A DNA stretch of 64,000 nt, taken from contig SVMK01000002.1 of assembly GCA_015067465.1 (NCBI GenBank), forward strand, positions 175 to 64,174, written 5' to 3'. Source of the stretch: Oscillospiraceae bacterium (lineage in GTDB: Bacteria; Bacillota; Clostridia; Oscillospirales; Oscillospiraceae). A model generated the notes under the pieces. It had not been told where the DNA came from and ran no database searches. It was given only the letters and a program-made list of their open reading frames with translations. The translations under genes were made by a program, and so were the position numbers. Below are positions 42,826 through 52,600 of this stretch, one piece after another; the stretch's first letter is position 1, and each line of letters opens with the position of its first letter.

Positions 42826-44879
42826 AAATTGCGGATATATCCATCAGTGCGCTGGTTGTGGCAATCATCGTTATCATCATTCTTCCGCTGCCTACCTGGC
42901 TGATGGATACCCTGCTCATGATGAACATTGCAATTTCCATCTTCATCATGCTTGCAGCGCTCTTTATTAAGAATATCCTCGATTTTTCGATTATGCCCAC
43001 GCTTTTGCTGCTGACGACGCTGTTTCGTCTGGCGCTGAACCTTTCCTCCACCAAGCTCATTCTCGGCAACGGCGGCGACGCCGGTCAGGTTATCAAAACA
43101 TTCGGCAACTTTGTGATCGGCGGCAATCTTGTTGTCGGTATTGTTGTATTCATCATCATTGTTGCGATCCAGTTTATCGTCATTACCAAGGGCGCTGAGC
43201 GCGTTTCCGAAGTTGCCGCGCGATTCACGCTGGACGCAATGCCCGGCAAGCAGATGGCCATTGACGCCGACTTGAACACCGGCGCCATTGACGAGGCCAC
43301 TGCCCGTGCCCGCCGCGACGACATTCAGCGCGAAGCGGATTTCTACGGCAGCATGGACGGTGCCAGTAAGTTCATCAAGGGCGACTCCATCATCGGCATT
43401 ATCATCACGCTGATCAACATCATCGGCGGTTTGATTATCGGCATCGTCATGGGCGACATGGAGGCCGGAGAGGCCATTCAGGTTTACACGCTGGCAACGG
43501 TTGGCGACGGCCTTGTCGGTCAGATTCCGGCGCTGCTGATCTCCACGGCGACCGGCATTATGGTCACACGATCCACAAGCGGCAGCTCGTTCGGCTCGGA
43601 TATGACAAAGCAGATTCTCACAAACCGCAGCATCCTGCTGCTTTGCGGCTATATCATGGTGCTGCTGGCGCTGGTGCCCGGATTCCCGAAGCTGCAGATT
43701 CTGCTGCTGGCAGGCGCGCTGATTGCAGCCGGCATGCTGCTGAAAAACAAGCTTGAAAAGCCGGCTCCGGAACCGACGGTTTCGCCGGAGGAACAGGCAG
43801 CTGCGGCAGAGCGTGCCGCGGCGGAAAAACGCAAGCCGGAGAATGTGCTCAGCCTTCTGCAGGTGGAGCAGTTGGAACTGGAATTCGGCTACGGCCTTGT
43901 TCCGATGGTGGATGTGTCTCTCGGCGGAGACCTGCTCGACCGCATCGTGATGATCCGCCGCCAGTGCGCGATCGACCTCGGCATTGTGATCCCTTCCGTG
44001 CGCCTGCGCGACAATGTGCGCCTCGGCGCAAACGAGTATGCCCTCAAAATCCGCGGCGACGAGGTTGCCCGCGGCGAGGTTATGCCCGGCCACTATCTTG
44101 CAATCAACTCCGAGGGCGTTGAGGAAACCATCAGCGGCATCGAAACCGTGGAGCCCACGTTTGGCCTGCCTGCGCTGTGGATCACCAAAAAGCAGCGTGA
44201 AAAGGCGGAGCTTCTGGGCTACACCACGATTGATCCGCCCTCGGTGATCACAACCCACCTCATCGAGGTGATAAAAAACCACGCAAGCGAACTGATGGAC
44301 CGTCAGCAGGTTCAGATGCTGGTGGACAATCTTGCAAAGCAGCAGCCCACGCTGGTGGAAGAAGTTGTTCCCAAGATGTTTACATACGGCGATCTGCAGA
44401 AGATCTTTTCCTGCCTGCTGCGCGAGAATGTTCCCATCAAAAATCTTGCAACGATCATGGAAACGCTGGCAGACTACGGCAAAACGCTGCATACCACCGA
44501 GGATTTGACGGAAAAGGTGCGGCAGAACATGAGCCGTATCATCACCAAGCGCTTTCTCGGCGACGATATGGCGTCCATCGTGGCGCTTGATCCCGCGCTT
44601 GAGCAGCTTTTGATTGAACGCAGCCGCAAGACCGACAGCGGCACGGTTGCGATTCTTGAGCCGGACCAGCTGCGCAGCCTGCTGAGCAGCACGCGCGAAG
44701 CGGTGAAGAAAAATTCCATGCAGGGGAAAAAGACCGTTGTTCTCACTTCGCCTGCGGTACGCACAAAATTCAAACGGCTGATCAATCAGTCGCTCCCGGA
44801 GGTTGCGGTGCTGTCCTACGGCGAGATTGAGCAGAGCTTCGAAATTCATGTTGATGCCGTGATCAACATTGCCACGTGA
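42822..44879 (+). CDS. flhA: flagellar export gate protein FlhA
   Basis: 685 aa. FTLDAMPGKQMAIDADL, ADFYGSMDGASKFIKGD and the C-terminal cytoplasmic domain are present. TTG start overlapping the flhB stop. Confidence 0.95.
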   Translation: MKIADISISALVVAIIVIIILPLPTWLMDTLLMMNIAISIFIMLAALFIKNILDFSIMPTLLLLTTLFRLALNLSSTKLILGNGGDAGQVIKTFGNFVIGGNLVVGIVVFIIIVAIQFIVITKGAERVSEVAARFTLDAMPGKQMAIDADLNTGAIDEATARARRDDIQREADFYGSMDGASKFIKGDSIIGIIITLINIIGGLIIGIVMGDMEAGEAIQVYTLATVGDGLVGQIPALLISTATGIMVTRSTSGSSFGSDMTKQILTNRSILLLCGYIMVLLALVPGFPKLQILLLAGALIAAGMLLKNKLEKPAPEPTVSPEEQAAAAERAAAEKRKPENVLSLLQVEQLELEFGYGLVPMVDVSLGGDLLDRIVMIRRQCAIDLGIVIPSVRLRDNVRLGANEYALKIRGDEVARGEVMPGHYLAINSEGVEETISGIETVEPTFGLPALWITKKQREKAELLGYTTIDPPSVITTHLIEVIKNHASELMDRQQVQMLVDNLAKQQPTLVEEVVPKMFTYGDLQKIFSCLLRENVPIKNLATIMETLADYGKTLHTTEDLTEKVRQNMSRIITKRFLGDDMASIVALDPALEQLLIERSRKTDSGTVAILEPDQLRSLLSSTREAVKKNSMQGKKTVVLTSPAVRTKFKRLINQSLPEVAVLSYGEIEQSFEIHVDAVINIAT

Positions 44880-44925
44880 GCAACACACCGCGCCATTTTT
44901 CTTTTGAAAGCGAGTTGAAACCGAT

Positions 44926-45621
44926 TTGAGCGATGTCAATTTCTACAAAACGCTGCGTGAAGGCGACAGAGTTGTGCTCCATGTGGGGCAGAACGGCTAT
45001 GTGACGAGAATTGATGAAATTACATCGGAAGAAACGTTCACGGTTGTTCAGCCGTGGACGCTCGGCCGCATATTTACGACCAGAGTCGGCGAAGCCTATA
45101 AAGTGTCATGCACTACTTCCACCGGCGTGCATTCATTCCGAGCGCAAACCTCGAAGGTGGACGAATCCGGAAAAGTGAAGCTCATGGAGCTGCAATATAC
45201 GGGCGATTACACCCGCACGCAAAACCGCCAGGCATTCCGCTGCCAGGTGATGATTCCGATGTATATCCGCCACCGGCCGTCGATGCCGCTCACAAAAGCA
45301 AGCCGCGAAGGCGCGTGGGTGCAGAGCAAAACGCTGGATATCAGCGTTTCGGGCCTGAAAACGCGTGTGCCGGGGAAATATTGCGTGGGCGATGTTGTGA
45401 TTATGCGCCTTTGCATCGACAAATTCGGCATGAACGAAACGGTGCACGACCTGACGGGTATTGTCGTGCGCGCCACAGAGGCGACGGACGGCACGAAGGA
45501 CCATATCTGCGGGATTGAATTTGTCAATGTGAATCCCAAAGCGCGGGCAACGCTCTCGAAGTTTGTGATGGCCTGCCAGCGCAAACACTCCGGCAAGGAG
45601 CGGGAGAAAGAAAAAATATAA
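44926..45621 (+). CDS. PilZ-domain protein, YcgR/MotI-like putative flagellar brake
   Basis: c-di-GMP binding motifs RxxxR (NRQAFR) and DxSxxG (DISVSG) are present in the C-terminal half, preceded by a YcgR-N-like beta-rich half. TTG start. Confidence 0.8.
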   Translation: MSDVNFYKTLREGDRVVLHVGQNGYVTRIDEITSEETFTVVQPWTLGRIFTTRVGEAYKVSCTTSTGVHSFRAQTSKVDESGKVKLMELQYTGDYTRTQNRQAFRCQVMIPMYIRHRPSMPLTKASREGAWVQSKTLDISVSGLKTRVPGKYCVGDVVIMRLCIDKFGMNETVHDLTGIVVRATEATDGTKDHICGIEFVNVNPKARATLSKFVMACQRKHSGKEREKEKI

Positions 45622-45666
45622 AGCTGAAAGAAAACGCGGCGGCGTGAAGAAAGGGGTGAGGCCGGT

Positions 45667-46410
45667 TTGGTGGAAGAAAGAGCGGAAGATATAGAAATGC
45701 TGTGGGACATTTATTTTGAAACACGCAATCAGGACATCAAAAACCAGATCCTCACACACTACCTTTACCTTGTTGTCAACATCGTAAAGCGTTTGATGCC
45801 GCAGTATAAGAGCTATTGCGACACAAACGACCTCATCAGCGACGGCGTGCTTGGCCTGATTGATGCCGTTGAGAAATACGACCGGTCGTTCGACACGAAA
45901 TTTCAGACCTATGCGGCCATCCGCATCAAGGGCGCGGTGCTGGACCATCTCCGAAAGCAGGACTGGGCCTCCACAACGCTGCGCAAAAAACTGACCAGCA
46001 TCCAGAAGGCCTACTCCGACCTTGAGGCGGAAAACGGTCGGATGCCGAACGAGAAGGAAGTTGCCGAAAAGCTCAACATGTCCGAGCACGATGTGACCGA
46101 TGCGCTGCAGACGAGCCAGATGTTCAACATCATCAGCTTCGAATCGCTGCTGTATGAGAAAGAAAACAACGACTTTTCCGGCGGCACGAAATCCGATCCT
46201 TACGCCGATGTGGAAAAGAGCGAAACGCTGGAGATGATGCGCGGCGCGCTGGAATCGCTGGCGGAAAAGGAACGCATGGTGATCGTGCTGCACTATTACG
46301 AAGGCATGACCATGAAAAGCATTGCCCAGATCCTCGGCGTGTCCGAATCGCGCGTTTCGCAGGTGCACTCGAAAGCCCTGCTGAAAATGCGAAAAGTTAT
46401 GGAAGGCTGA
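45667..46410 (+). CDS. fliA: flagellar sigma factor FliA/SigD (sigma-28)
   Basis: Region 2 reads DLISDGVLGLIDAVEKYD..KFQTYAAIRIKGAVLDHLR. Region 4 reads MTMKSIAQILGVSESRVSQVHSKALLKMR. Confidence 0.9.
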   Translation: MVEERAEDIEMLWDIYFETRNQDIKNQILTHYLYLVVNIVKRLMPQYKSYCDTNDLISDGVLGLIDAVEKYDRSFDTKFQTYAAIRIKGAVLDHLRKQDWASTTLRKKLTSIQKAYSDLEAENGRMPNEKEVAEKLNMSEHDVTDALQTSQMFNIISFESLLYEKENNDFSGGTKSDPYADVEKSETLEMMRGALESLAEKERMVIVLHYYEGMTMKSIAQILGVSESRVSQVHSKALLKMRKVMEG

Positions 46411-46472
46411 GCGGCGGCAGGCACTCCGGCAGGAAAAATACGAAAAAATTCAAAAAATATCGTTGAAAGACT

Positions 46473-46498
46473 TAAGTTTTTCCGAATTCATCCGATTA
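46473..46498 (+). promoter_or_regulatory. sigma-28-type promoter candidate upstream of the rod/flgM/flgK/csrA genes
   Basis: TAAG (46473-46476), 14 nt spacer, TCCGATTA (46491-46498). It has the same TAAG/TCCGAT flavour as the site at 7595-7621. Confidence 0.55.
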
Positions 46499-46557
46499 AA
46501 GAAGTGTAGGGGTATGGCCTTTTTGGCGTTTCCCCTGCCCGTCCAGGAGGTAAGATT

Positions 46558-47316
46558 ATGATTCGCGGACTTTACACCGCGGCAACCGGAATGGCGGTTC
46601 AGCGCGAAAAAATGGATATTGTCACGAACAATATCGTCAATGCCGAAACCACCGGCTACAAGGCCGACACCATGTTTACGCAGAATTTCAATGCCGTGAT
46701 GCTTGAGCGCATCAACGATCCCAACGTAAACATCATCGGCACGGATGTGGGGCGCTACAGCTTCGGCTCCCACATCACCGAAAAGCTTACAAACTTTTCG
46801 CAGGGCAGTCTGGAGGAGACCAACCGCCCGACGGACATTGCCATTGACGGCGAGGGATTCTTTGTGATCGAAACGCTCGACGGCGAGCGCTACACCAAAG
46901 CCGGCAACTTCACCGTAAACCGCGAGGGCTACCTCATCACGCAGGACGGTGACTATGTTCTGGGTGACAACGGCCGCATCATGGTCGGCGCGGGCGACTT
47001 CCGCATCGACTTTAACGGCAACGTAACAGGCGACGGCGTTCCGGTGAACTCCATTCGCATTGTCCGGGCCGAGGACCCCACTGCGCTGCGCAAGCAGGGC
47101 GACAGCCTCTATTATCTCTACGGCGGCGCCGCAATGGTGGATGACAACGCCAGCGTGGTTCGTCAGGGCTTCCAGGAAAACTCCAACGTGAATATTGCGG
47201 ACGAACTGGTCGAAATGATCACCCTTTACCGCGAGTATGAAGCGAGCCAGAGAGCCGTTATCATGAATGATGAAACGCTCGGCATGGCCGTCAACAAGCT
47301 CGGCAGACTCGGCTAA
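46558..47316 (+). CDS. flagellar basal-body rod protein (FlgF/FlhO-like)
   Basis: N-terminal MIRGLYTAATGMAVQREKMDIVTNNIVNAETTGYK. C-terminal LVEMITLYREYEASQRAV. Confidence 0.85.
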   Translation: MIRGLYTAATGMAVQREKMDIVTNNIVNAETTGYKADTMFTQNFNAVMLERINDPNVNIIGTDVGRYSFGSHITEKLTNFSQGSLEETNRPTDIAIDGEGFFVIETLDGERYTKAGNFTVNREGYLITQDGDYVLGDNGRIMVGAGDFRIDFNGNVTGDGVPVNSIRIVRAEDPTALRKQGDSLYYLYGGAAMVDDNASVVRQGFQENSNVNIADELVEMITLYREYEASQRAVIMNDETLGMAVNKLGRLG

Positions 47317-47330
47317 GGGAGGTGTAGACC

Positions 47331-48080
47331 ATGAACGCAATTTATACGGCGGCAAGCGGTCTGCGCTCGCAGCAGATTCGCCTTGACACGATCGGCGACA
47401 ATGTTGCCAACGTCAACACGATCGGCTATAAAAGCACGCGTGTGGACTTTAAGGATACGCTTTACACCATCATGAAAAACCCCGAAGGCGGCACGGAAGA
47501 GGTCAACCTCCGCCGCGGCACGGGTGTGATGATCAATGCAACCAACATCGATTTCAGCGAAAGCAGCCAACTCACCACGGACGCACCGCTGGATTTTGCC
47601 ATCAACGGCCCCGGATTTTTCGTTGTGGAAAGTCAGAACGGCGAACGCTTCTACACCCGCTCGGGATGCTTCAACCGCTCTGTGGAAGCTGACGGCGACT
47701 ACCTTGTAACCCAGCAGGGCTACTACGTTCTGGACGAGGCGGGGCGGCGCATCACCTTGCCGGAAAGCGGCATCAGCGTGGCGGAAGGCGGCGTGCTGTC
47801 GGCCGATCACGAAGTGTTCGGCAATATGGCGATCGTCGGCTTTGCCAACGAAAACGGCCTGGCCCCCGCGGGCAGCACCTGCTTCACCGAAACGGAGGCC
47901 TCCGGCGAGCCGTTCAATCTGGAGCGGGCCAATGTGCGGCAGGGAGTTCTGGAAAATTCCAACGTGGATCTCGCGCAGGAAATGACGCTGATGATCCGAA
48001 CGCAGCGTGCCTATTCGCTGGCAAGCCGTGCGCTTCGCACCGCCGACGATATGGACGGCCTTGTGAACAGCCTGCGCTAA
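47331..48080 (+). CDS. flgG: flagellar basal-body rod protein (FlgG/FlhP-like)
   Basis: N-terminal AASGLRSQQIRLDTIGDNVANVNTIGYK. C-terminal LENSNVDLAQEMTLMIRTQRAYSLASRALRTADDM. Confidence 0.85.
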   Translation: MNAIYTAASGLRSQQIRLDTIGDNVANVNTIGYKSTRVDFKDTLYTIMKNPEGGTEEVNLRRGTGVMINATNIDFSESSQLTTDAPLDFAINGPGFFVVESQNGERFYTRSGCFNRSVEADGDYLVTQQGYYVLDEAGRRITLPESGISVAEGGVLSADHEVFGNMAIVGFANENGLAPAGSTCFTETEASGEPFNLERANVRQGVLENSNVDLAQEMTLMIRTQRAYSLASRALRTADDMDGLVNSLR

Positions 48081-48113
48081 ACACTTCCGTGACTTGAAAA
48101 GAGGTTAATTGCA

Positions 48114-48533
48114 ATGATTGCAAAATGTGAATATTGCGGGGAAGCGTACAACAGCTTCGGTTCCAAAATTTGCGGAAAATGCTCGAAAGAGCTGGACGCT
48201 GTTTTCACCAAAGTCAGAAGATACATGTACGCCACCGGTACTGCGCTGAATGTGGAGCAGATTACGAAGGAGCTGGAAGTTTCCGAAAAGGCGGTGTACT
48301 ACCTGATCGAAACCGGCCGCATCGTCACGACGGCGGAACTCGGCTGGACCAACCGCTGCTCCGGCTGCAACAAGCTGATTCCCAACGGCACCACGATGTG
48401 CCCGGAATGCAGCAGAAATGTGATTTCCACGCTGAATAAAGCACGCAACGAGCGCTCCGCGACGCTTGAGAACGAACTCAAGGGCCACAAGAGCGGAATC
48501 CGCCCGATGATGTATAAGGAAAAAAATAAATAA
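48114..48533 (+). CDS. YvyF-like flagellar operon zinc-ribbon protein
   Basis: 139 aa with CEYCG...CGKC at the N-terminus and CSGC...CPEC in the C-terminal half. Located directly upstream of flgM, as yvyF is in Bacillus. Confidence 0.7.
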   Translation: MIAKCEYCGEAYNSFGSKICGKCSKELDAVFTKVRRYMYATGTALNVEQITKELEVSEKAVYYLIETGRIVTTAELGWTNRCSGCNKLIPNGTTMCPECSRNVISTLNKARNERSATLENELKGHKSGIRPMMYKEKNK

Positions 48534-48619
48534 GCATTTGTTTGGCATTGTTAACAAGCAAGAATATGTCCGCCAGGATTCCGGTCCGAACAGACCGACT
48601 ACAGGGAGGAACGAAGAAT

Positions 48620-48925
48620 ATGAGAATTAATCCGTTACAGCAGAGCGACGTTGTTGCTTCTTACATGAACACGGCTGCAAAGCTTGCGCCGGAAGCAAAG
48701 AAGGCACAGTCCTTCGGCAACGACAGCGTTGAACTGTCCAGCGGCGCAAGAGAGTATGCGCAGCTGGTTCGCGCAGCGCGCGACGAAATGGATGCAGCCG
48801 AGGTGCAGGAGACGCGCCGCGCCGACGAGATCGCAAAGCAGATCAACGCCGGAACTTACAGCGTGTCCACCGACGATGTGGCGCAGGCCATCATCGGCTC
48901 GGTCAACGTTTCGATGCTGGGATAA
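48620..48925 (+). CDS. flgM: anti-sigma-28 factor FlgM
   Basis: 101 aa from MRINPLQ with a GGGAGGAA Shine-Dalgarno. The C-terminus EIAKQINAGTYSVSTDDVAQAII is typical of FlgM. Confidence 0.8.
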   Translation: MRINPLQQSDVVASYMNTAAKLAPEAKKAQSFGNDSVELSSGAREYAQLVRAARDEMDAAEVQETRRADEIAKQINAGTYSVSTDDVAQAIIGSVNVSMLG

Positions 48926-48931
48926 TTGCCG

Positions 48932-49453
48932 ATGAACACACAAGCGCAGGAACTGACCTACGGGCTGATCGAAACGCTCAAAAAGCAGGAAGAAACAGCG
49001 AAATTGCTGCTGCTGAAAGCCTCTGAGAAGGAAAAGGCCCTCCTTGACGACGACCTTGACGCGCTCAAGGAGATTCTTGAGCTTGAAGAGGACACGGTGA
49101 GCGAGTTTGAACAGCTTGAGAAAAGCCGCATGAGCCAAACGACACAACTGCTTTCGCTGCTTGACAATGCGTCGAAAGGGATGTCGCTGCGCGAAATTGC
49201 GGACATCATTGATGATCCGGCTGCTTCGAAGCAGCTCAATGAAACACGCATTGAGCTGGCGGAAGTGGTGACTGCTCTGCGCGATAAAAACATTGCGCTC
49301 AACAGAGTTCTCGCCGTGAAAAACGAGTATGCGGATATGATGCTCGGGGCATTGACCGGCGAGGCATCGGCCACTACGCGCACTTACACCGAAAGCGGCG
49401 ATCTGGGGCTTCCGCCGGATCCGGCCCCCGGCGTTGTTGAATTTTTTGCCTGA
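48932..49453 (+). CDS. flgN: FlgN-like export chaperone for FlgK/FlgL
   Basis: 173 aa helical protein. LIETLKKQEETAKLLLLKASEKEKALLDDDLDALKEIL resembles FlgN. Located between flgM and flgK. Confidence 0.7.
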   Translation: MNTQAQELTYGLIETLKKQEETAKLLLLKASEKEKALLDDDLDALKEILELEEDTVSEFEQLEKSRMSQTTQLLSLLDNASKGMSLREIADIIDDPAASKQLNETRIELAEVVTALRDKNIALNRVLAVKNEYADMMLGALTGEASATTRTYTESGDLGLPPDPAPGVVEFFA

Positions 49454-49502
49454 GCAGCCGGCTCAGGTGTGCTTTACGAAATAATCAGAAAGGGGTGCGG
49501 TC

Positions 49503-51086
49503 ATGGGTTCCACCTTCAGAGGCCTGGAAACGGGCAAATCCGGCATCAACGTTGCCATGCTCAACATGGAAGTTGCCGGTCAGAATATTGCAAACGCGGA
49601 TACCCCGGGCTATACCCGACAGCGCGTGATACAGGTGGCAAAAGCGCCTCCCGGCTCGCGCTATGTTGTCAGCCAGGTTTACAACAAAATGGCAGGTCAG
49701 GGCGCGGATATTCTGGGCATTCAGCAGCTGCGCAGCGAGTATCTCGACATGCAGTACCGCAACCTGAACTCTACCCGCAATTATTATGAGAGCAGATCGC
49801 AGGCGATGGACTATCTCACCGGCGTTCTCAACGAGCTGGATGAGGATGCGAGTATCTCCAACCGTCTGGACGCTTTTGCCAGCGCCATGTCGCGCCTGGC
49901 AGAGGAGCCCTCCAGCGAAGAATACCGCCTGAATCTGCAGCAGAGCGGCGTTTCCCTCACGGAAACGATCGGCTATGTATACGACGAGATGGTTGACCTT
50001 GCCAGAAGTCAGGCCGAAAACCTTGACACCACGGCGCAGGCCATCAACATGAACGCGGTTAAGATTGCCGCGCTGAACACCGCCATCGCGAGCTATGAGC
50101 GCACCGGTCAGTCCGCCAACGAGCTGAAAGACGAGCGCAACCTTCTGCTCGACCAGCTTGCCGGACTTGTCAACATCGAATACAAAGTCAGCGACCAGAA
50201 CGAGAGTATGGTGGATGTCAGCATTGGCGGCGTTGCGCTGGTTACGGGCCGCGATGCAAACCAGATTGATATTCAACCGGCGGCTGCGCCGAACGATATA
50301 ACCGGCATTACCTCCTATACCCTTACGCTGGACGGCGTTGAACTCCACAGCAAATACACCGGAGACCCCGCCGACGCCAACGTAACCGGCGGCGAACTGT
50401 TTTCGCAGATGGAGATGCTGGAAAACGCCACCGAAACGAACCCCGGCATTCCGTACTATGTTTCCCGCCTTGACGATCTGGCGCAGACCATCGCCAAAAC
50501 CGTGAACAACATCCATGCCGAGGGCTACACCTATCCCGACGCGGAAAACGGTCATGTCAGCCAAACGGGTATCTTCTTCTTTGAAGTTCCGCTGGTGGAC
50601 AGCACGGACGCCGCCGGCAACGTCATTCTGGATGCCAACGGCAACCCCGTCAAGGTGCCGGACTATTCTCAGGTCACGGCGGGCAACCTGTCGCTGAGCA
50701 AGGATGTTCTCTCCAGCGTGTGGAATATTGCAGCGTCCGACAAGAAAGTTGACCTGAATGCCGCGACCACCAACAGCGGCAACGCGATCAAGATTCTGGC
50801 GATTCAGCACGCGTTTGAATCCGGCGAGGTTTACGGCACGCTGAACTCTTTCGTTGTGCATCTGGGCATCGCGGCCAACGCCTGCGACGGCCTGCTCCAC
50901 ACAACGGAATCGCTGATCAACAGCGTTGACAATCAGCGCGACTCCATCTCCAGCGTTTCGCTGGACGAGGAAGCGACAAACATCATCATGTATAAGCAGA
51001 GCTACAACGCCTCGGCGCGCGTCATTTCCTCGATTGACGAGATGCTCGATAAGCTCATTAACGGCACTGGCCGCGTAGGCCTGTAA
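49503..51086 (+). CDS. flgK: flagellar hook-associated protein FlgK (HAP1)
   Basis: N-terminal TFRGLETGKSGINVAMLNMEVAGQNIANADTPGYTRQ. C-terminal SVSLDEEATNIIMYKQSYNASARVISSIDEMLD. Confidence 0.9.
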   Translation: MGSTFRGLETGKSGINVAMLNMEVAGQNIANADTPGYTRQRVIQVAKAPPGSRYVVSQVYNKMAGQGADILGIQQLRSEYLDMQYRNLNSTRNYYESRSQAMDYLTGVLNELDEDASISNRLDAFASAMSRLAEEPSSEEYRLNLQQSGVSLTETIGYVYDEMVDLARSQAENLDTTAQAINMNAVKIAALNTAIASYERTGQSANELKDERNLLLDQLAGLVNIEYKVSDQNESMVDVSIGGVALVTGRDANQIDIQPAAAPNDITGITSYTLTLDGVELHSKYTGDPADANVTGGELFSQMEMLENATETNPGIPYYVSRLDDLAQTIAKTVNNIHAEGYTYPDAENGHVSQTGIFFFEVPLVDSTDAAGNVILDANGNPVKVPDYSQVTAGNLSLSKDVLSSVWNIAASDKKVDLNAATTNSGNAIKILAIQHAFESGEVYGTLNSFVVHLGIAANACDGLLHTTESLINSVDNQRDSISSVSLDEEATNIIMYKQSYNASARVISSIDEMLDKLINGTGRVGL

Positions 51087-51113
51087 TATCAGACGACAGG
51101 AGGTGACCGATCC

Positions 51114-52520
51114 ATGCGAGTAACAAACTCAATGGTCGTCAACCAGTTTATGACCGGCTCCAACAAAACGCTCGGCCGCGTTCAGGATGCATGGAGTCAG
51201 GTTAACTCATCCAAAAAAATCAACAGCATTGCCGATGACCCGCTCGCAACGATCGCGGCGCTCAAAGCCAGAAACCGCCTCAGCTCGCTGAAGGGCTATC
51301 AGTCCACCATCACCACGGCGGACACCTACCTGACCGAGGCGGAAAACGCCGCGGGCGGCGTGAATAAGCTGCTGCAGTCGGCTTACGATCTGATCGTGAG
51401 CGCAAACAGCGGCACCAAGGGTGAGGACGAACTGCAGGCAATTGCCGGCGACATTGAAAATCTGCGCGACGAACTGCTTGCGATTGCAAACTCTTCCATC
51501 GGCACCACGTTCCTTTTCGGCGGCGACAACTCGATTCGTCAGCCGTTCACGGTGAACGATGCCGGAAACCTTTTATACAACGGCATCAATCTCAGTGGTC
51601 TGGCGCTCGGCGATGACTATGAACACGCCACTGCCGATATCCTCAGCGGCATCTCGGAGATCGGCACCATGATCGACGATCTGGACGTTGTTTCCGAGTA
51701 TAATGCGCAAAACACGGTTTGCGTCGGTATCATCGAGCGAATGAAGGAAATCGACCAGGCCATTCAGACGGCGTACGACAGCGCCATGCGCTACAGCGGC
51801 ATGGACACCAGCTACAACTTCTCCGCGCTGAACGGGCTGGAAGCGATGAAAAACAGGATCAACGACATCAAGGACCGTCTGTTCAACGAGATGTCGCAGG
51901 AGCTTTACTACGATACGACAGGCTTTGACAGCCTAGAGATCCGCAACGGCTTCCGCAAGGAGGACTGCAAGGCGATTCTCAACGATTTTGCCGCGCTGAC
52001 CGGTCTGGACGGCAGCGGTACCAATCAGGTTGAAGACGCGCTGACCGCGGCGAAGATCGAGCTGCCGGCCGATATGATGCAGCAGCTCAGCGAAGAGCTG
52101 GCCGTATCCAAGCAACTGAAGATCGGCTCAACCGCTTTCATCGAGGTTTCGGCGAACGGTCTGGAATTCCTCGGCACGGGCAAGAACAACTATTACTGCA
52201 TGCTGGATAAATGCGTCCGCGTTCTCAACGGCGATCTCGATCTGTCCATGCTTTCGGATATGGTGGGCGAAATTCAGACGGCGATGAGCACAAACAGCGC
52301 GATGCGCACGAAATTCGGCGCTTCGCTCGAGCGAATTGAAATGCTTACCGACCGCTATACCACCAGTGAATACACCTATACGGAGATGCTTGCCGAGGCA
52401 GAGGATGTTGACCTCGCGGAAGCAATTATGATTTGGAAAACCGCGCAGACGGTTTATGACGGCGCTCTGGCTGCCGGATCCAAGGTTATTCAAACTTCAC
52501 TGCTTGATTTTCTCAGATAA
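51114..52520 (+). CDS. flgL: flagellar hook-associated protein FlgL (HAP3)
   Basis: N-terminal MRVTNSM...INSIADDPLA and the C-terminal flagellin-like helix DVDLAEAIMIWKTAQTVYDGALAAGSKVIQTSLLDFL. Confidence 0.85.
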   Translation: MRVTNSMVVNQFMTGSNKTLGRVQDAWSQVNSSKKINSIADDPLATIAALKARNRLSSLKGYQSTITTADTYLTEAENAAGGVNKLLQSAYDLIVSANSGTKGEDELQAIAGDIENLRDELLAIANSSIGTTFLFGGDNSIRQPFTVNDAGNLLYNGINLSGLALGDDYEHATADILSGISEIGTMIDDLDVVSEYNAQNTVCVGIIERMKEIDQAIQTAYDSAMRYSGMDTSYNFSALNGLEAMKNRINDIKDRLFNEMSQELYYDTTGFDSLEIRNGFRKEDCKAILNDFAALTGLDGSGTNQVEDALTAAKIELPADMMQQLSEELAVSKQLKIGSTAFIEVSANGLEFLGTGKNNYYCMLDKCVRVLNGDLDLSMLSDMVGEIQTAMSTNSAMRTKFGASLERIEMLTDRYTTSEYTYTEMLAEAEDVDLAEAIMIWKTAQTVYDGALAAGSKVIQTSLLDFLR

Positions 52521-52600
52521 TCCGAACAAGTGATGAGCGGGCGAAGTTGCGGGGAAATCAAGAGAGAATGGATTCTCATCATGATTAAGAAGGGATTCTT

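Noticed and set aside
42762-44939. 725 aa minus-strand ORF opposite flhA, and similar long antisense ORFs (22185-24002, 34008-35255, 49485-50900, 55800-57578, 57178-58914, 58685-60421, 61434-63818)
   Set aside because: Each lies opposite a gene with strong family motifs on the other strand. Each has His/Arg/Gly/Ala-rich, motif-free translations. They are artefacts of GC-rich codon usage.
51633-52075. Perfect GCCGATAT sigma-28 -10 matches inside flgL (51633-51640 and 52068-52075), and GCCGATGA at about 51230
   Set aside because: No TAAA-like -35 element lies 14-16 nt upstream (TGAC, GGCG and CAAA respectively). The sites are inside a coding region with no obvious downstream target.
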